Shown piece after piece: positions 1 to 14,200 of a DNA stretch of 64,000 bases (positions are counted from its first letter, which is position 1; every line of letters starts with the position of its first letter). The position numbers and the translations under genes were made by a program. This stretch comes from Raillietiella orientalis (Eukaryota), in contig JAYWIR010000014.1 of NCBI GenBank assembly GCA_036172245.1, positions 3,720,001-3,784,000 on the forward strand, in the 5' to 3' direction. A model generated the notes under the pieces. That model saw nothing but the letters and a program-made list of their open reading frames with translations, searched no databases and had not been told where the DNA came from.

Positions 1-3000
1 CTCTCGGTACACATTCAAGGAAGCACGCTGATCCGACGACACAGGCGTGGGGCAAGGCCATCGTCGGCGCCATTTGCAGTCCCGGGAAGAGCTGTCGCGT
101 GCACACGCACGCACCGGGCCCTCGCAGAGGAACGAACCCACAGTGGGCCTTCTTGCGCTCACCATCCAGCGCCTCGGCATCCGTGCAGCAGTGGATGCGG
201 GGCACCCCGATGCTCCCGAGGAACGAGACCGACGACGCCAAGCGCCTTTGGGCAGGCCGTGTTCCACACGTGATCACCAGCAGCTGGCGAGCAACTGAGC
301 AGTCCTGCCTCCCCTTCCCTTGCGTTAACAAGCGTGCCGCTTTTACCGTTGTCGTCGAATCTTTCCCGTGACCCTTGACCTGCCCTGGGTGCCTGATTTT
401 GGTGGGCAGAGGCCCAGTACTTTGCCTGCTTGGTGTCCCCCCATCTCCCTGCCCATTTTCGCTCCGAAGCTTATTTTTTTCCAGTTGTCTGGGAAACCGG
501 ATAAGGAATTGAAACTGGGGGGGGGGGGGAGGGGGAAGTTCCTAGAGGGGAGAGAGTCGGTTGCGGACTTGAATGGCTCAGCGCCCTCGGTAAGTGAAGA
601 GAGAAAGATTCAGACGTTCGCTTCCCCGGGGCGCTCGAGTGCATGCGTTCGTGCACGTGCCTCTCCCAAGCGACCGCAAGCGGAAACAGCGCGGAGCTCC
701 CCTTGCGTGGCTCACGACCCCTTCCGTGGTCCAACGTTCTTCTGGAGGTTTGTTCTCCTCCTCTTGGTGCCCCAAACCCCAAGTTTCCCTCCCCCCTTCC
801 ATCTCCCCTTTTCGCTTTCTTTTTCGGCCCTCCTTTTCTCCCAAGCCTGGCCGGAGGATCCGAGTGCCTGCCGAAGTGCGTGAGCGCGCTGCGGATAAAT
901 CTCGTGCGCAATGGCGATGCTGTTTCGTCCGCTTCCTTTCCGGGTCTTTCTTCGGAAACGAGAGCATGAATCTGACAGTTTCGATCATTCTGCCCACGCG
1001 CCGAGGAGGAAGAAACTCACGTACGCGCGAAACGAAATCGAAGAGGCCACACCCTATCCTACAGGATGGGAGGGGGGGAAAGGGGAAGCAACCAGCGGAG
1101 ATGAGACGACACCAGCGTCCTTTCGATCCTGCGCTCGCGAATGCTGCAACTCTCCGTGTCACGAAGGGAGGCAAGCGTCCGGAGTTCGTTCGTCAGGGAC
1201 GCGCTGCCGTCGGACCATCCCTGTGAATCTCCTGTCCTGGGGTTTTGCACGCAAGGCGTCTTCCTGGAGAGGAAAATGACGGAGGGAGCCCTCCCCTTTT
1301 CCGAACGGAGATGGAGGAAGACCTGGACATGTCACCTTAGCTCCATGCGTACTTACTATACAGTGACCGTTCCAACCCTCCTCCTTTTTCCGGACACGAT
1401 TCTTCCATACACATCGAGAGGGAAGCTCGAAGGCAATAGCTCCCTCTCAAGGCAACTGAAATCTCATAGATCACTCCCTGCCGATTCTGACCGCTTCCCT
1501 GGAAGCGAAAGAAGCTCTTCACGCTAACGATCTGCATGGATCTGGATGGAGGTGCGCTGCACCAAACGTCCATCTCCCGGAGACAAGGCAGTCGGGGAAG
1601 GTCACCTTCCTGCTCCCCGTGAATTTTTCTCGTTGATTCGCTTCCTATGGAATGCCTTGCGAGTCAGCTAAACCTGCAGCAAGTCTGAGAGGCAGGTCAA
1701 AGAGTTCTTTTTTCTTCCGGTTTCAGTGTCTTTGGACCTCCGAAAGCGTCGTCCGGAGACTTTCCAACCCGGAAGAGGAGCTCCTCCGTCAGGGAGAAAC
1801 AGGGGAGATCGTGGGGTGGATTCCTTCTCATTTGCTCTTCCTTCTGGTACGTCGTCAGGGAAACCATCTCATGAGGCAACGAGTTCTTTATCCCTTGGGC
1901 TTGGGGGAGCCAGCGAATCCATCATGGGGCTTCCGGGGGCCCTCAGTTGCGCGGCTCAGTCCTCTCTGCTGCCGTATTTGCTGCCGGCGCCTGCGCTGGC
2001 GTTTCGGAGACCAGAGAGCTCCTCCAGCTCCTCGGCGCTTTTCGACGAGACGCCATCGCATCCTCCGCGAACCGCGACAAACTCTTGCTCTGGATTCCAG
2101 TTGGAATTGGAGCCGGAAACGAGTTTCGTGCGAGCTCGCCTGTCGGCGGTTCAGCTTCGGAGTACCTGGAGGAGGCGCCCAGACCGCCCTGCAGGGAAAC
2201 GGATGAGCTTTCGGACCGCGGGCCGTCCAGCTCGAGGGTGTGCGTTACCCGCGTTGGCAGACATGAAAGACCTCGGGAAGGTCGACTTTCTTCTGGTGGA
2301 ATCCGGACATTCTTCTCTGATTCTCCGTTCCTCTCCGTGAAGCGGGGTATAGGTGGTGGCTGCAGGAAAGAGCGCGTCTCCTCTTCATCATCCCAACTGG
2401 GACGCAGCATCCAGCTCGGCAGCAGCCGCCGGTCGTGCCTCCAGTCACATCACAGTATCGGATTCGGCAAACCTGATCATGGCGGGGGCCTCACTCCGTC
2501 GGGTGCGGGAGCCTCACTGGAAGCAGTGGTTTCCAGAAGATCCGGAAGATCTGCTCGAGAGGGCAGGGAGAAGACGGAGGGAAGGAAGTAAGAGCCGAGG
2601 ATTCGATCCTCCGATGCCAGTCAACCGGGTTCCAGGAACATGGGCAGTGGGAGCACTGCACCGCTAGGCATCGATCTCGGAGGCACGCGCGAACGGAAAA
2701 GTAGGGAGAAGGAGGTGGGAGAGTTCAACTGGGAGGGGACCTTCTACTCTCGTGACTCCAGGAGGTCAATGGCAGTGTTTGCTCTCTCCGGAAACCAAGC
2801 ATTACCTCCCGCTCAGGGATGAGCCGCCCGCGGTCGAGACGACTTTCCTGCCTCTTCTCCTGCTCGCTAGCGCGAGAAGGGATGTGGATGTGGAAGTGGC
2901 GGGTGATAGAAAAGGAGGGCGGAGACGGCCATCTTGGCTTTCTTCGTTGGTTCTCGATCTTTGCGCGGATACTGTGACCGTTCAGGAAGGGAGTGCGGCG

Positions 3001-6000
3001 AGGAAGAAGCGGGGATGGGGACTGCTCTTCCGCGTTTCGACGGACAGAGATCACCCGACCAAACCCTGAGGAACCAAGAAGATCCACGAGGAAGTCGATG
3101 AGCAAGAATTGGATGTCAAATAGCGGAAGAGAAGCCTGGGAGCTCCCTGCAAACAACTCGCAACCGGGAACGAAGAGGGAGGCCGCCTATGGGGTGCGCG
3201 GGCAAGGGAAGAGTGTGCAGGATTAGGTAGAGAAGGAGATCGCCTCCAGCGGGCGAGCACCCTCACAAGAAAGAATACCTTTGCTCCCTCCCCCTCTTTT
3301 CGCTCCCTCTCTTTCCAGCGGCGCTGGTGGGCTGCTTCCGACACTGCGAGGCTCAGACTAGCCTCCGCCCCGAGAGCTGCCCGGCCGTGTCAAGCGACGC
3401 GGTCTGACGCCTCCCGCCCATCGTGGGAATCGAAAGGAAACCATGGCCACGGCTATCCTGGAGCAAGCGGGGAAGGGAGGCCGAGAACGTTGTGTGCGGT
3501 CCTCTGAGGCCCGCTACATCGCTTGGTAGGGGGAGTCAGCCGAAAGTCGTTGCTCAGTTGGCGTTTTCCCAGCCCCACCCTTTCTGCCCTCCAGAAAGAT
3601 CGCAGGAAAGGGGCAAGCGTTCGCAGGGGGCGTTGCTTTCGAGAGGCTCGCTCGGCGATCAAATGACTTCGCAGCCGGAGCTCTCTGACCGAGGCGCGCT
3701 GCCGAGTGTGGGCATCTGGGCTGAAGAGCGGTGACGAGCCTCCCTTGGATACTCTTGAGGGTGCACCTCTGACCGCCACTGGCAATCTCTCTTTCCCACC
3801 TCACCAGCTGTCACAATGCTGAAGCTCAGGGAAAGAGAGAGAGGAAGAGGAAGAGGAGGTAGAGAAGGAAAAGAAGCGGCGGACGGGTGACCGAGACCTC
3901 TCTGCGCCTCCCGTGCACCTTCGCGCCCTGAGGACTCCTCCGGAAGCCTGTCCGGAGGCAGCAGGGTGTAGCTTCCGGTCGCTGCAGTCGCGATCGCGTG
4001 CTGCTGGAACGCCCTCTGGTGGCATTCCTACAGCCTCCCCTCTTCCCCGTCCCGTTACGTCCGTTCTCAAGTGTTCTTCTCATTCCCATTCCAGATCCCT
4101 CTCTCGGGAATAGTATGAAGGTGGAGAAAGAACGTCACGAGCGACGAACCAGGTGATGCGGCAGCGGATGTAAGCGGAAGAGTTCCTCTCGCCTACGAGC
4201 ACCGGATGTCTGAGAGCAAGGTAACGAGTCGACGCACCTCGGCGCACCTGCGCGCGCCCAGCCGAAGCCCATGCGGTCAGGGGAACCACCGGGTCTGTCG
4301 CGTATCCGGTGGACAGGGCAGGGGAGCAGGGAAGGGATGAATGACACGCTAGCTTTGCGAGGTCATTCATCTTCGAGAGGGTGAAAGCGACTCCTTCATT
4401 GCCTGCTGCCTCCGGCACCGCTGCGTCTTGGCAACGCGCGTGTTGTCGCCCCCAGCAACGTCCTACGTGCTTGTTCATCTCTTCAGAGAGCTTCCGAAAT
4501 GGTAAAAGGAAAGGAAGAGGAAGGGGGAGAAGAAATGCGCGCATGACCCCGCTCTTCCCTCCCACATCCCATAAGCATTAAAAGTCCCAGTCTCCTGGAA
4601 TCGCCACTGGGATTTGTTGCGGTGGTTCCGCCTCTCTCCTGTTGCGATGACCTACCTGCTCTCAATTTTTTTCCCTCCAAATGCTCTGGGAAGCATCCTT
4701 GCACACTAAGGGAGCCGGTGGGTGCGTTGCTTGCCACTTCCGTCCCATCCCATCCCTCTCTCCCCCTTCTACCTTTTCATCCAGCAGCTTCGTGCGGATG
4801 TGACTTGAAGACGTGGCTGGGTCACGCCTAATGCATCTTGTCCTTTCTGCTTTTTCGAGGAACGAAGGGGAGAAGGGAGCGGGTCTTTCCGATGCAGCTC
4901 TGACTCTAGAGAAGATGGTTGTCCCGTGGAGACTGCACACGCCCTTGATAGCACCAAGTCGCCTTCTCCATTCTCCGCCTCCAGCTTTGCCCTCCTTTTC
5001 TAAACATACGGAACATCACCCTTCCTGAAGAAGAGTGTGTCCGTTCCTGGAGGTGTGGCTGTAGCTCCAGAGAAACCAGGCTCGTCCGGAGGTTATGAGA
5101 AGCGAGAGCCTTTGGAGAGGAGTTGAGGCGCGCTCCAGGAGGCCAAGATCATAGGTGGTTTCTACAGTAGCCGATGCTTTGGTCTGCTGCGTTTTCTGTG
5201 CATTTTTTTCCTGATCCCCTATCCTCAGCAGGATTTATTTTTTTTTTGCATCTGCACAGCATCTCGGAATCTTGCTCTGATCGTTTCGCGAAGATCCCAA
5301 AGGGCAGGAAAACACCTTGGAAGGTACCGAAGCTCCTGGCCGAAGAATCGGGTGAAGAATCCCCGATCCTTCCGCTTGTCCCTTTTCCTGTTGTTCCTCG
5401 TAGAGGTTTCTTCCGGAGAACCCGACCACCCCTGCCTTCGAGCGGAGCGTCGCTTCAGGCAGCAGAAGTTAGCGCCTCCCCGGGTCCTTCGATGAAACGC
5501 TATATCAGGAGGAAGTCCTATTGAGGCCTCCTCTCGGTTTTTTGGAACCCTCGTGCTCTTCTTCCCCGTCCTGTAGATCTTCCCCCTCATCCCTCTCAGT
5601 TCACTCTGCCTTCTTTGTCATAAGCAGATTTCGGTCCACACGAGTGGCCCAGCCAAAGCAGCACACCTTCTTCTACGGATGGATGCGCTGAAGACATGCT
5701 GCTCGGGGCCTCTCATCCAGGTTCCAGGTGCTGAGCCGGTGGACCCTCCCGAGCGCCGCCGCTCAGAAAGCCTGAAGGAAGACGTCCCGTGCTCTCTGAC
5801 CCAGAAAAGATCATCAGCGATTCCGGTGGCGCATCGGCCCCCGACCCTCTTGCCTGTCTGCCAAACAACGCACCACTTCCCTGAACTTCCTCTCCATCTT
5901 TCGTAGTAGCTTCCCGCTCGCCGGAACGGGTACCAGCCAACCTAGTCGAGGAGTGCTCGCCTTCGTGGGCTTCCTGCCGCTCCCGGCAGACTTCTGCTCT

Positions 6001-9000
6001 CCGGCATTTCCTCGGCCACTCCCATGACCGAAGAAACCCCGGTTCCCCTTTGCTCTTCCACTGCAAAGTCGCAGGACGTGGCCCCACTTGCTTCTTTCCC
6101 CCTCTTTTCTTCCCTCATTCTTCCTTTGCGGCGGAGTGCTCCCGCAGAATCTTCATGAACTCCAGAGACTTTTTGAACTGTCTTTTCCCACTCGATGGCC
6201 TCCCTCATAGTGGCGAAGCACCGAGACAGGCGACACTCAGCCCAGAGAGTAGGAGTTTCTCCATTCTGGAGATGAGTTCGCCTCTTCCCTGTCCGAACTC
6301 CCGCGCGCGTGCAAAGGTGGAAGCAGTAGGGAGGGGAGGAAAGGAAGGACCACCTTTGTCCCCCCTATCCCCCACGTTGGTTCTCCTGTGCAGGCAGGAA
6401 GACTGGTTGCCCGCCCTTCCTCTCTAGCTGATTGGAAAGTGGAGGAGAAGGCGAGAAACACCCCACCGGCAGCGAGGATCCGTGTGCGCGGCCCAGCCGC
6501 CTCTTGCGCGCCGAGCGAGGAACCGGAGCCGTGGTCCCCTGGCTGCTGCCGAGATCTTCCGGTCACCGGACGCCCTTCCTCCCGGGTAATGGGCTCCCCT
6601 CGAATCCCTTCCTTCCTCCCAAGAAATTTCCTCGGACACGGCGGCGCGGAAAGCTTTTGAGGAGGGAAGTAGGGGGAGACCCTTTCGAACCTTCCGCTCC
6701 AGGGAATCCCAGGGAACCCGTGGGGAGGAAGGGCACGCCGCCGTCCCCTGCCGATGGCGCATTCTCCAAGGATACCAGCAGCAGCAGCAGCACGCCGCCT
6801 CAATCGGAGTATCCGAAAATCGATCTCGGGCAGGCGGACGTCACGTGACGCGGCCGAACGAGCTTCGTGGCTGCGGCGGCGGCGGAAGCTGTGGCCACGC
6901 GAGCCACACGCACAGCCAGGGGCAGCTGGAGAAACCTCCCCCAAAACCCTCGCCAAGGGCTCTGAATATGCTCTCCTTCCTACCCCTTTCCTCGATCTCG
7001 CGGTCTTTGCCGTGACCTTCCTCGTCCCGCCTTCGACGTCCGTCTCCCATGCTCGAATTCCAGCGGGAAGGGAGACGCGGCGGGAAGCTCGGGAGCTCAC
7101 ACTTTCCTCCTGACGTTCCCCGACCTTTTTGCGGACAGCTGCCTCTCTACCTCCAGGAAACTGCGTCCCGGAACCTTATCTTCTGGGGTCTCCTCTCCCC
7201 GTTCCCATCCACGGTGGCCCTCGGAGCGCGTGGGCCTCGGACTCGAGATTCCGGGAATGGAACTTCCTCTTCACTGTCCTTATATTTCGGAAGGGGACCC
7301 GTTGACTCGCCTGCCACTCTCTGTGGGGGGGCATCACCCATGTTCAGGGCTGAGGAGAGGCGAGATTCCTCCGGACGGAAGTGGCAGGGGCGCTTCGAGA
7401 AAGCTCTGTCCTCTCGGGAGCAGAGGAAAAGGAAGAATCCTCGGAGCATGGGGGAGGAGACGGAGCCGCCTTAGAAAAATTCCAGGCACAGACGCGTCCA
7501 TGTCTGACAGCTCAGGGCGCCGCCTTCTGGAGGGGAGGCTATCCCTGCAGACTTCGCTGCCGCACCCGATTCCGCACCGCCTCCGGGACCGCCGAAACTG
7601 CCTTTTCGGAACGCGGAGCTCCTTCATCCTGGGATCTCCAGCCGGAAGAGGCCTTTCCTCACTCTTGGCAGTGGGGGAGCCGGAATCAGAACCAGTGGCA
7701 GATCGATTAATTGGAAACATGCCTCTCCCTGAAGAGGTGGTTCCCAACTCCTGCTGGACCCCCCCTTTTCTCGCGGTTGGTGAGTCTGCAGCGTATCCCT
7801 TTCTCTCCTCCGAGCGGAAGTTGTCCATGGAGAGACCCTTTCCTCCCTTGATCAGTCGCCGGAGGAGCGCAAGTCAAGGAGATCCTCTCTCGGGCTCCAG
7901 CGCCCATCCTCCTGGGGGGTCGAATCCGACGGAGGAGACAAGGACGAAAGCGTGAAGTTTCCGGCTATCCGCTGGATGGGGTCGGGAGGACGCTGCTTTA
8001 CCTGCGGGGCACGCTCGAGAGGGTTCCCCAACTGGTCTGGCCAGAGGCGGGGAGCTCCAGAGAGACGCCTTCCCCCTGGGGCATCTGACTCTGGTACAGC
8101 AGCTAAGATCGCCAGCATGCGACCGGGAGACGATGGCCGGTGTTTCCCGAGGAGCGGCCGTCCCTCGGCGGTGGAGGATCCCAGGAAGGAGGGGGGAATG
8201 CTTCCCGTGCTCCTACGGACGGATGCGGGGAAGCCGCAAACAGGAAGACGCCGTTCGCGCGAGTTCCTCCACCACCGGGAGGTTAGCGATCCACCACGAG
8301 AGAAATCTCCTCTACCACCCGTTTCTCCTTCCCGCAGCCGAGGTGCCCTGGTGAGAACCACTGGAGGGGATGGCCGTGCGGTACCCTCGACGGGGGCTAC
8401 GCTAGGATCGTCGTACCCGATCCACCTCCCAGCGGCCTGTCCCTCTCCCGCGTCCTTGGGAGGTCTTTGGACGAGGAACGTCAGAAGGGACGGATGGAGG
8501 CGGAAGAATGAGACGCAGGAAGATTCTGGCAGCCCCTCGGAGGGGATGCTGAGCACGGCATCTCTAGGGAAATGGTCTCGAGCACCGAGTCCTTCTCCCT
8601 GAGAAACCTCAGTTCCCTTCCGACCAAAACTCTCGAGGTGACCTCGAATGGTCACTCGGGCCTCGGGTGGTCGTCAGGAAAGAGAGGGCGCTTCGTTTCC
8701 TCTTCTCCTCCTTAGGAACCACCGCAACTTCCTCCCTCGTTTCCGTCTGGCCTATGGCTCGTCCGAGAAGTGACCAGTTCAGACCCCTTTCCTCTTCTCT
8801 CTCACTCCTACCCTTCCCCCATCTTTACCCTCCTGAGAGGGTGGGGGAGGAGAGAAGGGAAGAACAGTGCTCCGGGTTCCTCCAGGGGAGACGACAGCGC
8901 AGACGGAGAGAGGCAAAGAATCTGTTTCTGCTGGAGGAAAGCGTTTGAGGGAGAGGTAGGGGAATAGCAAGGTGAAGGAGGAATAAGACAGGGTAGAAGG

Positions 9001-9983
9001 AGCCTGGGCGGACTTTGGGACGGAGGAGCAAGGGTGGGGGAAAGCTGCTAGACGATCGCCTTTTCTTCGCCTTGGACTCTTCCGGCGGGCTCGGAGGGAG
9101 ACCGCACGCTCCCCACTTCAGCCGTGGTTATCGCTGGCCCCAGAAAGGGAGCCGGAGAGGCGGGAGGGATCTCCCGTCTGAGTTCTGCTCGGCCGCCGGT
9201 AGGCGGAGCCTCCGGCACTTGGAGGGCAGCGACTTTCCTCGCTCGGAATGGTCAGGAGGCAACGCCTGACTCGCCCGCCCGGTGACGCCCGGAGCACCGA
9301 TCTCGCCACCGCAGGCGAGTGGTCACACGCATCGCGGCTGACCCCTGGAGCAGCAAAAGGGAAGGCACAGTGGGTCGCGTCATCGTCGCTGCCAAAGCGA
9401 AGACGGGAAGGAGGGGGGAAGGGAAACGGACGCTTCGCGTGACAGAAGGAGAGGGAGGGAGCGGAAGGAAGGAAGGGTGTCACCAAGGTGACGATCGCCG
9501 CTCTTGCCTTACCCTGCCGTTTTCCTGGAACGCGGAGGTCTCAGCTGGCGCTTCCCGTTCGGCTCTGGGAACCGAGCGACCTTTTCCAATGCAGTCCTTC
9601 CAAGGGAGCAACGCCCGCCACCGCCGCGTATCCACGGCGACGCGGCAGCGCCTTCGGTCCGCCGGCTGCCGGTACCTGAGCAGAGCAAAAACTCCCGCCA
9701 AGAGCGCTTCCTCTTCCTCCGGACAAGGAGAAGGGGGAAACGCTATTCCTCTGACTCTCCTTCTCTCTTCCCCGTGCAGCTTCGTTCCAGGGGAAGAGGC
9801 ATCCTACAGGTCTCCCAGCCCCTTTGGGATGCTGCTCGCGGCGCGGTCTCAGATAATTCTCGTCCCCTGACACGTCTCCGCCGTCCACACCTCGAGGTCA
9901 TCGCTCCTGGCTCGCAGTCTCAGGCAGTGGGTCTCCAGTCCCGCGACTGCGGAATGGAGTAGCCGCCCAGCTTGGTCCAGGAC

Positions 9984-11291
9984 ATGGATGCGCTTTCTGC
10001 TCCCGGAGGGGCGCCCACTGGGCCTGCGTCGAGGAAGAGTCTTAGGCGCACTCCATCGACCGCTCACGTCGACCAGCGGAGGAGAAGAGGAAGGAGCACA
10101 TGCGAGTGGACCTTCACCGCTGCCTCCAGCGGGCCACCGCCCGCGAGGGGTGCACCGCAGCTGCCCTTCCACGACCTCCCCTTTCCGGCAGCTTCAGGAA
10201 CCCCACCAGACAGGAAGGTTCGGCTTCCCGAACGTGAGGGCAGGCCCCCCCCACGGCTTAGCGCCGTTTGCGCTCCCCTCCTCCTTCAGCTCACCTCGCC
10301 CCGGAGGAAAGGGAGCACAAGGGGCTCACCTTCCCTTGCTCCCCCAGACGAACTCTTGAGAGGAGGAGGGAGAGGGGTGGCTGGTGGCTCTTTTGCTTCG
10401 CGGACTCCCACACAGGCTTCAGCCCCTTCCCTCCCCACCGCTTCGCCCACCTCAAGATGGAGGCGCTTCCGCTTTAGGCTAACGCGGGGCTGCTACTTCC
10501 AGCCGGACGATTCCCGGAAGGACGCCCCAAGCTCTCCCGCGGGGGCGGACCCAGACGGCCCCCGGAGCGAGTCGGCCAACGTCGTGCTGTACATAGGCCT
10601 GGGGATGATGGCCATGGGGCTGGTGATGACCACCATCGGCGTCGGCGAGCGGGGCTTTAGCGCCACGGAGCTGCGCCTCGTCGGCCCCAGCCTGATCGCC
10701 ATTGGCGCCTTCTTCTGCCTGCTGCGTGTCCTCTTCTGCTCCTGGCCCTACTGCTGCAGGGACTGCTGCTCCCGCCGGGCGGCGCGCCCGTGGACCTCGC
10801 GGGAGGCGAGGGAGGCGGAGACCCCCGCCAAGCAGGTCGCCTGGAAGGACCGCGGAGTACCGCCCCTTCCCTCCGCCGAGGAGGAGCGAAGGGAGGTGGC
10901 GGAGACCCAGGCGGACGGCGGTGGGGCGTCGCCCCCTCCACGCGAGGCCCGCCCCCCCTCCGGAACGGGATTCGACCTGGAGGCCTACTTCAGGTCCAAG
11001 TCGCAGGGCTCCTACGGGCTCTCCCGCTTCCTGCAGGACGACACCGACCCCTCCCTCATCGAACGCCCCCTCTTGGATGCGGCGGAGCAACCCTGCCTCC
11101 TACCCCCGTCGAAAGACCCCGGCGGCAGCGAAGACGACGACGACGACAACGGTCAAGCCTGCGGGGGAAGTCGCCTCCCCCTCCTCCCGTCCTGCCCCCC
11201 CACAAGTGGCAACAGTCCAGGCGATTCGCCACCCTCCCAGAAGGAAAGGGCGGACCCCACCTCGGCGGCAGGGAACCCTGCCGCCATCTGA
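9984..11291 (+). CDS. Uncharacterised two-transmembrane membrane protein with Cys-rich juxtamembrane segment and low-complexity tails; 5' end/exon structure uncertain
   Basis: Long ORF (9972-11291; first ATG 9984). The core from ~10480 has strong C/G-ending codon bias and reads ANVVLYIGLGMMAMGLVMTTIGVGERGFSATELRLVGPSLIAIGAFFCLLRVLFCSWPYCCRDCC (TM-loop-TM-Cys cluster). A possible acceptor (ctttag) ends at 10478, so the N-terminal part may not all be coding. Confidence 0.65.
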   Translation: MDALSAPGGAPTGPASRKSLRRTPSTAHVDQRRRRGRSTCEWTFTAASSGPPPARGAPQLPFHDLPFPAASGTPPDRKVRLPEREGRPPPRLSAVCAPLLLQLTSPRRKGSTRGSPSLAPPDELLRGGGRGVAGGSFASRTPTQASAPSLPTASPTSRWRRFRFRLTRGCYFQPDDSRKDAPSSPAGADPDGPRSESANVVLYIGLGMMAMGLVMTTIGVGERGFSATELRLVGPSLIAIGAFFCLLRVLFCSWPYCCRDCCSRRAARPWTSREAREAETPAKQVAWKDRGVPPLPSAEEERREVAETQADGGGASPPPREARPPSGTGFDLEAYFRSKSQGSYGLSRFLQDDTDPSLIERPLLDAAEQPCLLPPSKDPGGSEDDDDDNGQACGGSRLPLLPSCPPTSGNSPGDSPPSQKERADPTSAAGNPAAI

Positions 11292-14200
11292 GACCCCCAC
11301 TCCCCTTGCTCCATCCACTCCCCCGCAAACCGACACGGAGGAAAATGAAAGCGGAAGCAGTGCCCCGCTCTGCCCCTACCCCCGGCCCTCGGGGTCACAT
11401 GTACATCCACGTAGAGGTCCTTAGGTTCCCTCTGTCTCGTCCTTCCGGAATGCACCAGCTCGTTCGGGAAGAGAGGATGCCAGTGGCTCCTTTCATTGCC
11501 CCTCCCTCTGCCTCGGGGCAGGAGAAGGGGGAGGGGAGAGGGTATAGGCAGAAGTGGGGAGGAAGCTCTCGCTTCCTTTTGCCCCTCCTTGTCTCCCGAA
11601 AGCGCAGCCCTCAGACGGATGCGATCGCCCGAGAGGGGGTGTGCGCGCGCGCCCGGGCGGAAGAAGCGTCTCACACCACGTCAATTCCGCTCTTCCCGTC
11701 CCCTCCCCTAGGAGCGCACCCGCCCACCGAGATCGATTTCCACAATCCTTCTCGCTGGTGCAGGATCAGCTGAGAAGCAAAGGCACGACCGGGGTGTTTC
11801 GGCAGCCAGAGGAGCAGGTAGGGGAAGGGAGGAAAAGGTGGAGACCATTCTCCTCAGTTCCTTCTTTTTTCCCCTCCACCTCTCGGTCCCTCCTGAGTTC
11901 TCGTCCGTCCTTTCGTCCCCACCGATTTTCGTCTCATCCTCGGCATGGGTGAAGTGGAAATCCCACACAGAAGTGAGAGGCGTATGGGGAGCGGACGAGC
12001 AAAACGGAACTCGTCCGACACGCGTCTTCTTCCTCTCAGCCAGGGTCATCCATCCAAGGACGGTACTCAGAGGAAAGTTGCCCTTGGACCCGCTAGCTCG
12101 CTACCCATTTCCTCCTCGCCATTTCCTCCCTGCCTCCACAGCGCGGTCCAGGCGGAGGAGGCTACGCGCGCCTCCTTCCCTTCCCCTTCCGCATCCCAGC
12201 CGTCCTCGTACCCCAGACATTTTTCCCCGAAGAGCGAAAGGAGATCAAGCGGGGATGTCTGGGTCGCTCCGGACTGGTGGACGGCCCCTCGGATGCGTCC
12301 GTTCTGGTTCTGATTGCGCCTTGTCAGAACCACCACCGCCCCCTGGGTAGAGCCCGGCCTCCCTTCCCAGGCGTCCTCGATGATTCTCCTCCTCTCTTCC
12401 AAAGTAGTTCTCCTCACACTTTCCTATGCTCTTCTGGCGCATGCGCTTCACCCTCCCCTTCCCCTTTCTCCCCTTCTCTCCCTCCCTGCTTCCCGCCAGT
12501 TCGATCGGCGCGTAGTCAACGGCAAGCCGGGCCCGTCCCCGACTACCATCTAACGTCATTTCTACGAACTAGTGAGATCGTCGAAGGCCTCCTAGTTTAT
12601 TTTCCTTTTTGTTTCTTCCTTTCGGGATTCATTCTACCCAGTAGGTGTGGATGAAATGGAGGAGGAAGAGAAAAGGGCATCTCCAGTGGTCCTGCAGGCA
12701 AGCCGCAGGTCTGCTCCGTCACAGACCCACGACTACGTGGTGATGGTGCTGCCGATCTTGCTCACTAGGGCCTCTTCAGCACGGCGAGAGGCCATCTTTT
12801 CAGGACCGTCCCGCTCTGTCCAGGTCCGACCACCACGATGCGCAAGGCATCGGAGGATCCCGACGATTGCAAAAGAGGCGATACGGAAGGGCAGGACGTC
12901 CAGACTGGGGTGCGGGATCGAGATCGGAAAGGAAAGAAACAGTGCGGAGAAGCAGTGGGCGAACGAGGTGCCCGAAAAGAGGAAATAAACAGGATGGATG
13001 CTGGAAATAGCTTCGTCTATTTCCTTCTTTTTTTTTTTGGAGGGGAGGGGACAGCTTTTCATATCTCAAGAAGATCCTGCCTTGGGTATGGGACGGCGGA
13101 GATCAGATCTCCGTCCACCTGTCGGATTCACTCCTGACTCCCAGGTGAAAGAGGGGAAAAAGGAACGCGTGCTTCAGCGAGGCTCTTCCAAGTGCAGCTC
13201 CATCCATGCTGGTAGAGCACTGATGACCCGCTGCCGACCTGATCCCGTTTTCAGGAAGGACAGCGGGAGATTTTCTGTCGCAGTGTCTTCCGCCGTCACC
13301 ATCGCCTCCTCCGCAGCGTGGCTGCTCGCTTCATCCTCCTCCCCTCCTTCTTTTCCTCAAGAAGTCAACTCTCTCCCGCGAGTGCTTGAATGGGCCGGGA
13401 AAGTTCCGGTGCTCTCCGGCAGGAGGACATGCAAGGTTGAGAACTGACCCGTCTCCCGGATGGATTGGGACTCTTCAGGAAACCATCCTGCAGAGGGGAG
13501 TGAACAAGAGGAGGAAGGGAGGTGAGGGAGGGGCAGGAGAGTGGGAGGACTCTTTGAACAGCACGTCGGAAGCGCCTTTGGGACCCCTTCCCGAATACAA
13601 CGGACCGGCGTCCGATCCCTACTCGGGCGCCATCCGCCGCTACAGGACACGGGAGACGCGGGATGGATTTTTCTGTGGTCCATGGGACCGCAACCCCGCT
13701 GTCCCATCCTTACTCTGCAGCTCTCGGAGTCCGAAGCAGAAGACGCGACTCTCCGCTCTTTCATCCGTTTTTGTCATTCGCCAGCGCCACCTTCTCCAGA
13801 AAGAAGAAGAGGGATTCAGGTTTTGGAGGTGAGGGGAGAACTGCCAATTCGAGTCCCGCGGTCGCTGGATCGTGCGTCGTCGCTCCCAGTTCACCAGTAG
13901 ACAGAAGGATCCCTGTCCGCGAGTCACGGAGGGTGTGTGCCTTTGGGTCCGGTCTCCAGAGTGGCAGCATTAGACATCCACTCCCGAGGGGGAGGGGACG
14001 CCTCCACCGTCCGCGCATGCAAAGTCACGAGACTCCGCTTTCGGCAGCAGCTTTCTGGCCGCCTCCCGAAACGAGCAGTCCTGATTCCAGGGCAACCATC
14101 CTTGCCGCTGTCTTTCTCCCCCTACTGCAGAACCAAACGATCGCTTACCGCCCCCCCACCCCGTTTCGCTTCATCTTCTGCTTTCTTCTGAGGCATTACC

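Noticed and set aside
1..300. AWGKA and LLALTIQR fragments resembling the C-terminus of a restriction-endonuclease-type non-LTR retrotransposon
   Set aside because: The fragments are in different frames, very short and cut by the window edge.
1..9900. Many overlapping 100-290 aa ORFs on both strands, some resembling disordered protein exons (e.g. 1943-2410 -, 6237-7100 -, 7334-7828 -)
   Set aside because: Expected in stop-poor GC-rich DNA. No domain motif or consistent splice chain could be built. A real gene here cannot be excluded.
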